Positions 14,127 through 25,566 of a DNA stretch of 64,000 bases are shown here, in pieces. The notes beneath the pieces were generated by a model. It saw nothing but the letters and a program-made list of their open reading frames with translations, had not been told where the DNA came from and did not search any database. The position numbers and the translations under genes are program-made. This DNA is from Octopus vulgaris. Lineage: Eukaryota. Location of the stretch: NCBI GenBank assembly GCA_951406725.2, contig OX597822.1:32984001-33048000 (forward strand), given 5' to 3'. Numbering within the stretch: position 1 is the stretch's first letter; every line of letters begins with the position of its first letter.

Positions 14127-14368
14127 CAGTAATTCCTCGACTATCACGGGTGTTACGTTTCAAAACCTCGCACGATAGATGAAAATACGCGAAGTAGAAA
14201 CAGTACTGCACTGTATATTTTTTATATTTTTATTATTTATATATATATTTATTATAAATCCAGAACAGCACCACAGAGGAACCGACGCAAGCTTAAATAA
14301 TAAAACGCGATAGGTGAATCGCGATAGGTGTATCGAGATAGGTGAACCGCGATAGCGAGGGATTACTG
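14127..14368. mobile_element. MITE (Tc1/mariner-pogo type)
   Basis: TIRs CAGTAATTCCTCGACTATCACGG ... CCGCGATAGCGAGGGATTACTG, TA duplicated on both sides, and subterminal cgataggtg repeats. Confidence 0.9.
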
Positions 14369-15891
14369 TACAAAAAACACCAACATTCATATTTTTATCA
14401 TTTTTGTAACGTAAGCTCTAATTAATAAACGCATTAACTTATAACTATTTTCTATGTTTATTTGTAAATACAGTATAAGATAACACTTTCCCCGCCACGA
14501 TATTAAGTTTTATCATATTATATATTGATGAAAATTCATTGACCTCTGAAAATTAATCACGTGTGGTAGCATATATTATTTTTGTTGGTTATATTTTATG
14601 TTAACAATCTATTACAACATTGCTATTATCTTATTTTCTTTATAGATATCACAGCAAAAACGGCTACGAAACCATTTTGAATTCATTAATCTAATATGGT
14701 CAAGAAATATATGGAAATATGTTTTAGTGTCACAAAAATGTGAGTTTTATGTCGCATAACTACTGATAATATTTCATATCACCTCATATAAAACAAGATT
14801 TGCTGATCAGCACATTGTCACTATCTAGAATGCAAACGTTTTAACACAAAAGCGGTTCTCGTTCATTTTTCCTGTCAGTTTTTACATAAAGGATTTTATA
14901 ACAATAGAAAGAAAGAATTTCTTTCTGATATCTCATTGTCAATAACATATATTTATATATATTTATGTATTTTAATTATATTTATATAATCTTCTGATGC
15001 ATTGTTAAATATTTCATTATCAAATGTCGTTCCCCGACTATTAGATAAAAGTTTTATTGTTGCTGTTGATTTTTTAGAATTTGTAATATATTCCTGCCTA
15101 AATATGAATGCAGAAAACAATGTTAGAATGATTGTGCATGAGAGGAATATTGTATAACATTGTGTTATATTGTTAGACACCAAAAGAAAATTGCATCGTA
15201 TATGAGAATATATCTGAATCGATCGATTTTCCTGATACATGCGCATGTGTTAAAAAAAATATTGATACATAGTTAGGCCTGCCGAGGTTCTGAATTCGAT
15301 TTCGTTGTGCAGCCACTTTGGAAGATCTCTTCCACCTCTGATCAATGATATGACTGAAATAATGTATATGGAAAATATCCAGACGTTTGTCCAATTGTCT
15401 TTGGATGGAAAAGATCATCTGTTACTCAATGTAACAGTGTATCCATTCTGAGGATGACTCAAACTTTTGATGCGTTGATTGATACTTTAGGACAAATTAT
15501 AAGTCATAGTTCCATCCTCTTTACTTGTGTCGCTGGCTCTTCTATTGAACCATTAAAAATACATAAATTTTCGTCTGGTTTGCAAAATAAATGTTTGCAA
15601 ATTGAACTTGAATACGAGAGGAATTTAGAGTCAGATAGATTTCAATTACTTTCATTCCTCTGCGTTTGTACCATATTAGATATTAAAGAGCATTTCAGAA
15701 TTTATTAGTATAGAAAACAATTTTCTTTCCATTTCAATAATCACGATTTTGAAGGATTTTGTATTATATTCCTTGCAAGAAAATATGTGAGACACGATGA
15801 TGTTTCTAAGGAATTCCATTGTACTGAATTTTTAAGCTATATGACAAAGAATATAAGTAATCGTAATATTATTTTCAAATTTTGGAACTTA

Positions 15892-15965
<74 letters not shown>

Positions 15966-16061
15966 GACATATATATATGTATATATATATTTATACATAT
16001 ACACGTATGTATATATGTATATATATATATATATACATAGATATATATATACATGTATGAA

Positions 16062-16190
16062 TGTATGTATTTGTGTCTGTGTTTGTCCCACCACCATCGC
16101 TTGACAACCGATGTTGGTGTGCTTACGTCCCGTAACTTAGTGTTTCAAGCAAAGAGGCCGATAGAATGAGTACTATGCTTACAAAGAATA
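16062..16190 (+). mobile_element. SINE family B, internal fragment
   Basis: catcgcttgacaaccgatgttggtgtg..acgtcccgtaacttag matches 41366-41460. Confidence 0.8.
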
Positions 16191-16214
16191 ATCGAGTCCG
16201 ATTCCAAGCAGTGA

Positions 16215-16340
<126 letters not shown>

Positions 16341-16445
16341 CAACAATAATAATAATAATAATAATAATAACAACAACAACAACAACAACAACAACACCAG
16401 CAACAATAATATCGGAATGAGAACCCAGGTTCGAAATTTCCCCAA

Positions 16446-16491
16446 GATACCTGAAGAAGGCTGCAGGGTATATCAGCCGAAACGTTGTATT
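16446..16491 (+). ncRNA. Minimal type-I hammerhead ribozyme in a short PLE-like repeat (~16411-16575) after (AAT)n
   Basis: Stem I GATAC/GTATT; core CTGAAGA plus extra A; stem II GGCTG/CAGCC; GAAA; palindromic stem III AACGTT; GUU site (predicted cut after 16486). Confidence 0.8.
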
Positions 16492-18249
16492 AACAACAAG
16501 ATGAGGACAAATATCCGTCAAATTTAAATAATGTAAATAATGTACATAATTTCTCATCTCTTAAATATAGAATTACAAAAAATAAGTATTTCGCTATGTG
16601 ATGCAATATCTAAACGATTAAACAGAATTGAAGATGGCCTCTAAATTCCCCAAAATAGTACACAACACGAAACAACTGCGGTCATCAGAGGCTAGCTTTC
16701 GTATCTTTATTGATGAAGTGTATATAAGATAATTTAAGACTCTTAAATCTATCAGAGCCACAGTTCAGGCTCGTGTTAACAATTAATATGGCTGATACGG
16801 GGCTTCAGTAAGTAAATAATGTGATTAAGTTTTAATATATAGACCTGAAATACTCCGTAAAACCATGTAAGGATACATCACCTAATAACACATCATTGAA
16901 TAAAAATAACAACAGATGACAATATAAAGTTTATGAGACAACAACAAAATAAAATACATATTCTACTTAAAAAGAAAATTATCAATTTTGACAACAGAAA
17001 CTTCTTTAGTTACAAAACAGTAAATCCAGGATCTGTTAGCTGAAAATGAAAGAGAAGCCTTTTAACAATGTATGTAACTCTAGTTTAGTCGTCATTTTTA
17101 TCATTTTAAAGCAGACAATTTCTGTTGTTTTACATAATGTTAATGGTAATATTATAGAGCTTAAATTTACGGGTATTAACAGTAAAAGGAAATAGTGTCG
17201 AGATCGTAATTCCTTCACCATATATTTCGTAAATCGAGGTGTAAGTCTGAAGCAGAGTTGAAATGGAGAAATATATTTGGGATTTCAGGAAGAATCATAT
17301 TTGAATGTTGTTGATCGCATAGCTTTTCTGTGAAATACAAGTAGCAAACGATATCTGCTTCATCACTTAGTCTTGGATAAAAATAATGGAAATCGAAAGT
17401 ACCAATTAAAGACAGGATACCAAATAATCTGAGACGATTGAATATATGCACATTAGAAGAGAAATGGATATCAGTATATATTACATATGCAATAGCTTTG
17501 GTGTTTGGTGTTAGGATATACAACGTTAAAATAAGTGTAGATTTATGAGAGAAGCTATGACAAAGTAATTTGCACTTGTCTTCCGTGGAGAAATATATTT
17601 GTAGTTGATCGACGAACAATCTGCAAGCCAATGTCTCTAAAGTAAATCGTTTTGTTAAACATGTAGATGAATTTTCTATTATGATGTGTGAATTTGTGAG
17701 AGAGAGCGAAAAGATATGGGATTGATGTGAATGTTTTCATTATGAAAACCACAGAAATATGTTTGTTTAGAGTAGAAGAAAAATCGATTTCTTATAGAAA
17801 TAACATTCTAGATAATACAAATAGGTATTGCACGCGGATGATTTTTTTTAAATCCTGATAATATCTTTTGAATCGTCATTTACAGAAGAAACAGTTTTTA
17901 CGATCAAAATAATAATATCCATTCATTACAGAGCGTGTCCATTTAGATAAAGCAGGGATAAACATATCACTTCCAGACACAGTAGTTCAGCTCATGTCAA
18001 AGTAACCCAGGTCATTTTATTTAGCTTTGCACATCCACTCCCAATCGCATACTGTCTGAAATACGGCGTTGGTATGTATTGTATCAATACTTCGTGATTT
18101 ATTTTCACACCAATTATTTTTCACTCAACGCATTATAAGCGCTGTGGTGTGCTTACGTATATGTGACTATATATACATAGTGATCCGCTTCGGTCAGACA
18201 CTGACCATGGGTTTGCACCTAGAGAGTTACTCTCTGAGGCACAAGTCTG

Positions 18250-18512
18250 GGCAAGGTTGTTTCATGGAAGACCAGCAGTCGCCCATGCATACCGGCCTCC
18301 CCTCTCCACGTCACCGATGTTGTCCAAGGGAAAGGCAAGGGCCGATACAGATTGGCACCTGTGACGTCGCAACTCATTTCTACAGCTAAGTGAACTGGAG
18401 CAACGTGAAATAAAGTGTCTTGCTCAAGAACACAACACGCAGCCCGGTCCGGGATTCGAGTTCACAACCTCACGATCGTAAGCTCGACGCTCTAACCACT
18501 GAGCCACGCGCC
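18250..18512 (-). mobile_element. tRNA-derived SINE family C
   Basis: Minus-strand head ggcgcgtggctcagtggttagagcg...gtgaactcgaatccc (A and B boxes); second copy at 50340-50542. Confidence 0.85.
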
Positions 18513-18541
18513 TTATATATACATATATATAATATATTATA

Positions 18542-18651
<110 letters not shown>

Positions 18652-18779
18652 TATAGATATATATCAGTATTGTCCAATGTCTCATTCCCATACTGGTATG
18701 GGTTCGAAATACTGGATGCAAAAATGTCTCTATATAAGTATACACATACGCACACACACATATGCATATATCTTAGGGT

Positions 18780-19370
18780 TCCAGTTGGGTTTATAAGGTA
18801 GTTGATGTGATTTTCATATTTTCAGCCATTCAGTTTGGGGGAGAATTACACTATGAAGTGTTGTTCCATATTTTTTCTGAAGAAGGTATTATTCCTTGGG
18901 CTTTTATAGAAGGGAAAGATCTTGATTCTTCCATCTCCACATGTTTCTTAGTGGAATTTTTGTAGCTCTCCTTGTCGGATATGTTGTCGGTGAATTCTGG
19001 CTCGTTGGCATAAAGAATTGCCAGTTTCCCCTATATAGTTCTTCTTGCATGTGGGACAGGTTATGCAACATATTAACTTTTGCGTTTTGCAATTCATGTT
19101 TGCATTTATTTTGAATGTGTGTCCACTAGTAAATTTTATTTGGCCGTTTTCATCTATATATCTGTAGGTGGGATAACTGCAGAGCCCACATCTACTATAT
19201 CCACATTCTTCCACAAAGAATTCGGCTTAATTCTCTGATGAGAATTTTTCTCTTGTCAGCTGTTTTTTCAGATTTTTGTCTTGGCGTTAACTGTTTCTTG
19301 TGCAGTATTTGTTTAATAGGTTTCCAATTTTGGAGCTTTGTAGAACTATTGCTAAGTTTGATTGTATTCA
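18780..19370 (-). mobile_element. Penelope-like element, GIY-YIG endonuclease remnant
   Basis: ORF 18948-19214: CGYSRCGLC...LICCITCPTCKKNYIGETGNSLCQRARIHRQHI (Cys linker, YIGETG, R..H). Confidence 0.9.
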
Positions 19371-19371
19371 T

Positions 19372-19409
<38 letters not shown>

Positions 19410-19567
19410 AGTGATTAGAGAACAAACATTAAATTCGAGTCAACAACTTTATATAACGACACGCTTCCATACATTTGATCACATATAAATATTACCAGGG
19501 CCTGTAACATATAAAGAATACATATAGAAAAGCACAGAAGGTAAAAAAATATACATACGTAGATAGG

Positions 19568-19616
<49 letters not shown>

Positions 19617-20280
19617 TCCTCCATACATATTTATATATATGTATGTATATATATAACCATGTATGTATACATATATATATGTGCATGTTTGTATGCGCGT
19701 GAGTTTGTGCACGTTTTTATTAACATTTTTCATATTTTTATTAACATTTATATTAGTTCATTCCTAAAATCTAATTGTAATGTGTTGCAAAACGTAATCT
19801 CCTCCAAACTACTATCAACGTTTCTAAACATTCTTGGTCGCATCTTCCTAATGAAGTGATTTTGGTGTGTCTTGCTACTACTTCTTGCAAGACTGTCTCA
19901 AGGACTGTTGTTGACATTACCTCTCACACATGACTCCTAGATTTATGCTCATCAGGCAGATGTTTTTTCTTCTTTGTGAAAGCAATTTGCGGTTTTTATC
20001 TTCCTTTGTCATGTGAATCGCTTTCACTCTAATATATACTTGCCAAAAATGAATTGTATAAAATTCGTAAGTAGATAGGAAACAAATTGAATAATAGGAC
20101 AACACATAAACACAGCTGTATATACAATATATCTTATTTGTAACAGCAGGTGGTCCGTGAATGCATACATACATCTCTCTCTCAATAAATATATGTGTGT
20201 GTGTGTGTTTGTGTGCGTGTGTGTGTATGTGTGTGTGTGTGTGTCTGTGTCTCTGTGTGTGTATAATCGTCAATTAAACA

Positions 20281-20697
20281 TGACTAAGTTTGAGAATAAC
20301 ATCTAAATTGCTAGAAATAGGAGCTAACATGTTCCAATGTTGTTACGAAGCACATAAGATATACTCTGATAAGGGCTGCAACCGCCCCGAACACCGAATC
20401 GAAAATTCCTTAGACTGACCGGTCATTTTCGGCTATTGCCGCAACCATCTTCAGTAAAGCCAGCTCGTTCAGTTTATTCTGGGCTACCTCGCCTATCAGA
20501 GTATGATATTCCATGGCTGATTTAGCTTATCGCTATTGTGTTTACGAAAAATTTATAAGCAGTTGTTTCCAACGTTATACCGTAAAGGAAAATTATACGC
20601 ATCAACTATACTTGACTAAGGTGTGAATAATACCTACATTGCTAGAAATAGGAGCTAAAGTGCATCAATACTGTTGCAAAGCACATAACATATACTC
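20281..20697. repeat. Two ~85 bp direct repeats (20281-20366, 20613-20697) enclosing ribozyme motifs
   Basis: tgactaag...ttgctagaaataggagctaa...agcacataa.atatactc occurs twice, 332 nt apart. Confidence 0.85.
20408..20459 (-). ncRNA. Type-I hammerhead ribozyme (near-canonical)
   Basis: Minus strand CTTTA-CTGAAGA-T-GGTTG/cggcaa/TAGCC-GAAA-ATGACCGGTCAG-TC-TAAGG. GUC site, palindromic stem III TGACCGGTCA, one mismatch at 15.2/16.2. Confidence 0.8.
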
Positions 20698-20874
20698 ATA
20701 TATACTCCTGTGTTCAAAATTCCCTTGATTTCGACATCCATTCATTCGTAGTCAATAAATTAAATTCCAATTGAGTACTGTGGTCGATATGAACGACTCA
20801 ACCGTTTCCCTTATCTTCCTGACCTTGTGCTAAAATTTGAAACCATTATTGTTATTATTGTCATTATTATTATT

Positions 20875-21242
20875 TAGTGTCTTTGCACAGCTTCTAACGC
20901 TGGAGATCTACTACGGTGCCAGCTGTTCACTACTAGTGAGATACGGTAACACACCTTATTTTTCCCAGCACCATCCGGAGTATTCGAGCGGTTATAAGCA
21001 GTACTGTTTTCTGCAAATGTTCCACCCTTATTAGAACCCCTATTTGTTCCATGTACTTCCTATGATTGTTACTCACCATTCCCAGGGCTCCGACAATTAT
21101 TGATACCACAACAGCTTAACCTCCCAAGCTAATCTGTCATATCTATTGACTTTACTTTCTTCTTTATCGCATTCTTTGTTGTCAGCTGGGCATACTATGT
21201 CTATGATCCAGTATCGTTTACTTTCTTTCTCAATTAACACTA
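20875..21242 (-). mobile_element. R4/Dong-type LINE 3' fragment between (TAA)n tracts
   Basis: IVLIEKESKRYWIIDIVCPADNKECDKEESKVNRYDRLAWEVKLLW, the PD-(D/E)xK endonuclease C-terminus. Confidence 0.8.
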
Positions 21243-21274
21243 TATTATTATTATTAGTATCATTATTATTATTA

Positions 21275-21610
<336 letters not shown>

Positions 21611-21663
21611 TATTATTATCGTCATCATCTTTATTATTATTGTTTTAACATTACTATTATTAC

Positions 21664-21741
<78 letters not shown>

Positions 21742-21757
21742 CATTACTCATCTGATT

Positions 21758-22160
21758 ATTACTCTTTTACTCTTTTACTTGTTTCAGTCAGTTGACGTGG
21801 CCATTCTAGAGCACCGCCTTTAGTCGAGCAAATCGACCCCAGGACGTATTCTTTGGAATAGTACTTATTCTACAGGTCTCTTTTGCCGAACCGCTAACTG
21901 ACGGGGACGTAAACACACCAGCATCGGTTGTCAATCGATGTTGGGGGAACAAACACAGACACATAAACATATACACACAAATACACATACATATAAAGAT
22001 ATATACGACATGCTTCTTTCAGTTTCCGTCTACCAAGTCCACTCACAAGGCTTTGATCGGCCTGAGGCTAAAGTAGAAGACACCTGCCCAAGGTGCCATA
22101 AAGTGGGACTGAACCCAGAACCATGTGGTTGGTAAGTAAGCTACTTACCACACTACGCCT
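21758..22160 (-). mobile_element. tRNA-derived SINE family B (CORE-like ccttgggcaagt domain)
   Basis: Reverse complement of 41138-41545. Confidence 0.9.
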
Positions 22161-23756
22161 ATATTGATAAACAGGCGCAAACGTGGTTGTGTGGGAGTTT
22201 GGGCAAGTGTCTTCTTGTTTAAACCAGTGCTGTCACTCGAAATTTCATTTACCATTAACAATGGAAAATAGTTTTGCATACCAACCTAACTTTTGGTAAG
22301 CGATGGTATTTTTGAAATTATTTCCTATTGAGTTAAGTCATGTTTATTGAGGCAATCTGTCTTGCAGAAAAATACTAATTCTGCTTTTTATTTTTTATTA
22401 TTTTCTTGGCATATGTTTAACATCATTACTGGAATAACCATAACTTCGAATTAAAGGGGATAATGTTGCTTTCACGTCTCAAAAGATTAATTCCTTGTTG
22501 TATTTCTATAAGGAAAGCATCAAATGCTGATGCGTTCCATAGAAACAGAACTATTTAATTTTTAATTTCTCTACTTGCCGATAAATATTAGTAATGAGAA
22601 GTATCCTCTGCCACAATCTAACATTTATTGTTAATAGTAAACAATATTTAAGCCACATTATTATAATTCAATTTAATTAATTTTATTACAAGTGTTTAGG
22701 TAAATATGCGTAACAAACATTAAATGTAACATACCATGTTTGCTCATTCATACTAGAAGATATTGTCTTCAGTTGATTAGTTGCGGTATTGTTGTTTTGA
22801 TAATTATCAAAACAATAATTGATTAGTTTAAAATAGCATTTGGATAGAATGATATCAGTTGACATTGATTCTTTGTAACGAATGCAACTTTGGATCCTAT
22901 CAATGCCGAGATCGTTAAATTCAGCAATGATAGAATTTATCGCAAACAAAGAGATAAGCTTTAATCCGATATGTCAGACTAAAACAGTTTTTTTTTCTTC
23001 TATTTTACTCGTTCTTCTCTCACTTGTTACTAGGGTCAATAAAACAATAACAAAAACGATTAGAACAACTCTTTGTTTCTATAAATTCTAGGGCCAATAA
23101 ATATTTCGCTTCTATTCTTAATTGTTCTATAAATATAGCTTTTTGTTTATGCGACAAATGTACAAATATAGCGCCAAAATAAGATTTACAACATACAGTT
23201 TCAGCTATTTCATAAAATAGAATTGCTTAAGCATTTATATGGCTTCGTTGCTGTTGTTACTATGTACCCTACTTTCAGACCAGTTGTTGAGATATTCTCG
23301 TCTGTCAAGAGATGTTTTATGTAAGTTTCGCCAATTCTGAATCCTTAATGCGCAAAATAAATCTTATTTGGGTTCCAAATAAGAACTTTAACCTCGTCGG
23401 ATTATTTGCCGAAGGAAAATAGTCAAACAGACTATAGTCTCTACAAGAATTGCACAGTTGATAAAGTGTAATAAAAATAAAGAAAAACAGAACTGGCGTT
23501 AATTTGTTTTCTTGAATTGTGATTTCAAATCTCTCTCTCCCAATCTCTCTCACTCGCAGTCTCTCTCTTTATTTATCTATATTTCGATCCCTCCTCCCTC
23601 TCCCTCTCTCCTTCTCACTTTATCCATCTATCTGTCTATCTAAAATAAAACAGCTATTCTAGATTATGTACCCTTTTTTATCTTTCATTAAATTGAAACT
23701 GCAGGTCAAAAACTAACGTGTTAACCCATTGGCCTTGTAAAGTATGTATTTATGTA

Positions 23757-23868
23757 TGTCATTATTTAGTTTTAATCCAAGATTTCTTGCCAACACAGAA
23801 AGAGCCGGTTTCTAGCCAACATCCAAGGCTCTTTCATTGAAATTCCAACAACACCAACAGGGTAGTTT
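23757..23868 (-). repeat. Short interspersed repeat within (TATG)n; second copy at 52505-52614
   Basis: ccctgttg..gttggaattt..atgaaagagccttggat...tagaaaccggctctttc...ggcaagaaatctt shared by both copies. Confidence 0.75.
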
Positions 23869-24009
23869 CGTATGTATGTATGTATGTATGTATGTATGTA
23901 TGTATGTATGTATGTATGTATGTACGTATGTATGGGCATAATTCAATACCAAGACTTTTATCTTTCTTCATTTCGGATTACTTTTAATATTTACTTATTC
24001 TATACTGTT

Positions 24010-24218
24010 ATTCTTTTATTTGTTTCAGTCAGTTGACTGCAGCCATGCTGGAGCACCGCCTTTAGCCAAGTAAATCGACCCCAGGACTTATTCTTTGTAA
24101 GCCTAGTACTTATTCTATCGGTTTGTCTTGCCGAACCGCTTAGTTACGGGGACGTAAATACACCAGCATCGGTTGTCAAATGATTTTGTGGGGACAAATA
24201 CAGAAACACAAACACACA
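24010..24218 (-). mobile_element. SINE family B, 3' half
   Basis: tgtttcagtcagttgactgcagccatgctggagcaccgcc...acaccagcatcggttgtcaa. Confidence 0.85.
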
Positions 24219-24224
24219 GCCGGG

Positions 24225-24480
24225 TTTTTTTCTGCATATGTCCCAGAGGTGGGGAGTGAAAACATTTCAAAATTGTTCACTGAGTCCCTCCCTTATCATC
24301 TCTGGGTCTGCAGTTAGTGAGCCATTCCCCTGCTGGAGCAGTGGTCCTATTTAATATTGTATTGTGGCTGCTTCTTCTGCAAAGTTAGGGCTTGTTTTTA
24401 TGCTTCCCACAGCTCTGTTCTCTCTGTTCTTCCCTTTTCATGAGAGAGTTTGATCTTGCTTTGGATTTCGATGTTTGAAT
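24225..24480 (-). mobile_element. CR1-type LINE fragment (EN-RT linker)
   Basis: Frameshifted reading IQSKIKLSHEKGRTE...IGPLLQ..GSLTADPEMIREGLSEQF*NVFT resembles the CR1 linker (IGPL..DG.LT.D....E.LN.QF.SVFT). Confidence 0.6.
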
Positions 24481-24506
24481 GTATACATATATGTGTGTGT
24501 GTTTTA

Positions 24507-24572
<66 letters not shown>

Positions 24573-24576
<4 letters not shown>

Positions 24577-24845
24577 TAATATAGCCTGAACAGGTTAAGC
24601 TACCCCTATTTTGGAGATAAAAGTGTTGGCGCGCGACGCGTAATCACAGAGGGGTGAGTTCGTGTCTCATAGCCGGTCGCCAACACTTTTTCTGCAAAAT
24701 AGGGGTAGTTTATCCTGTCCAGGCTATATTATTAAGCATTATCCTGCGTTTAAGAATTTAAAATAACTTTAACTTTATAGGACATCCCAGCGCTTCTAAA
24801 GCAAACTTCGTTTGTTTGTTTACGTTCTTCGTAATTGGAATTTAA
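24573..24845. mobile_element. Foldback element in (TA)n: ~58 bp inverted arms (24573-24631, 24678-24735) plus a one-sided tail
   Basis: ttaataatatagcctgaacagg..ctacccctattttg..aaaagtgttggcg pairs with cgccaacactttt..caaaataggggtag..cctgtccaggctatattattaa. Confidence 0.8.
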
Positions 24846-24859
24846 TATATATATATATA

Positions 24860-25272
24860 CGAGCAAAACGCCCCCCCACATCCGTCCCAATGAACGGTGC
24901 TGAGTTGTCAAACATTTAAACCAAATTTTCTCAAAACAACTTGTCCGACCGTCCCATAGGCCTCCGCTTTGAGAAAAACTGATTTAACCTAAATTTGAGA
25001 CACCAGCAAAAGAAGAAATAAAGATATACTTTCTCTCGCGTACGCGTAGTATCGATAGCAACAGCTGATGTACTTGCGCGTACAAATGCACGTTCCACAG
25101 CTTTATCGATCGCATTCTCACCTGAAATCCATTTTTTTTACTTTTTTCATGACTTATACACGCCTTGATACCGTCGGTATCTAAATATCAAATTTGAGCG
25201 CATTCGGATGGAGGATGCCCGAGATCCTAGAAGACACACACACACACAGACAGAATGGATTTTAATTATATA
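24860..25272 (+). mobile_element. Non-autonomous Helitron/Helentron-like element
   Basis: The 3' module aaatttgagcgcattcggatg...(ca)n cagacaga..ttttaattatata resembles invertebrate non-autonomous Helitron ends; inserted in (TA)n. Confidence 0.5.
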
Positions 25273-25340
25273 TATATATCGCCATGATAGATCGTTAGCC
25301 ACTACACACATTTTTTTCTTTTCTTGTTTTTTGTGTGTCC

Positions 25341-25376
25341 CTTTCTGCAGAAGAGCGTAGGCTCGAAATGTAAAAG
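25341..25376 (+). ncRNA. Variant minimal hammerhead motif (A6 replaced by C) in a short repeat (~25300-25470)
   Basis: CTTT-CTGCAGA-A-GAGC/gtag/GCTC-GAAA-TG-TA-AAAG; family copies at 52304 and 62995. Confidence 0.65.
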
Positions 25377-25468
25377 AATTTTTCTATTCCTGAGCGTTAT
25401 ACTAATACATCTGTTTGTATTGTACACCACCTTTCTTCGTCTTTTGTTTTTTTCGTAAACTCTCCCTC

Positions 25469-25566
<98 letters not shown>

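Noticed and set aside
14953-15420. Possible PLE RT/thumb remnant (NEIFNNASEDYINIIK)
   Set aside because: Only one short resemblance; catalytic motifs are not recognisable.
22226-23100. CAGTGCTGTCAC possible hAT terminus and adjacent short ORFs
   Set aside because: No matching second TIR, TSD or transposase motif found.
23798-23835. GAAAGAGCC/GGCTCTTTC hairpin enclosing GAAACCGG as a hammerhead
   Set aside because: No CUGANGA-like core in either copy; retained only as a repeat.
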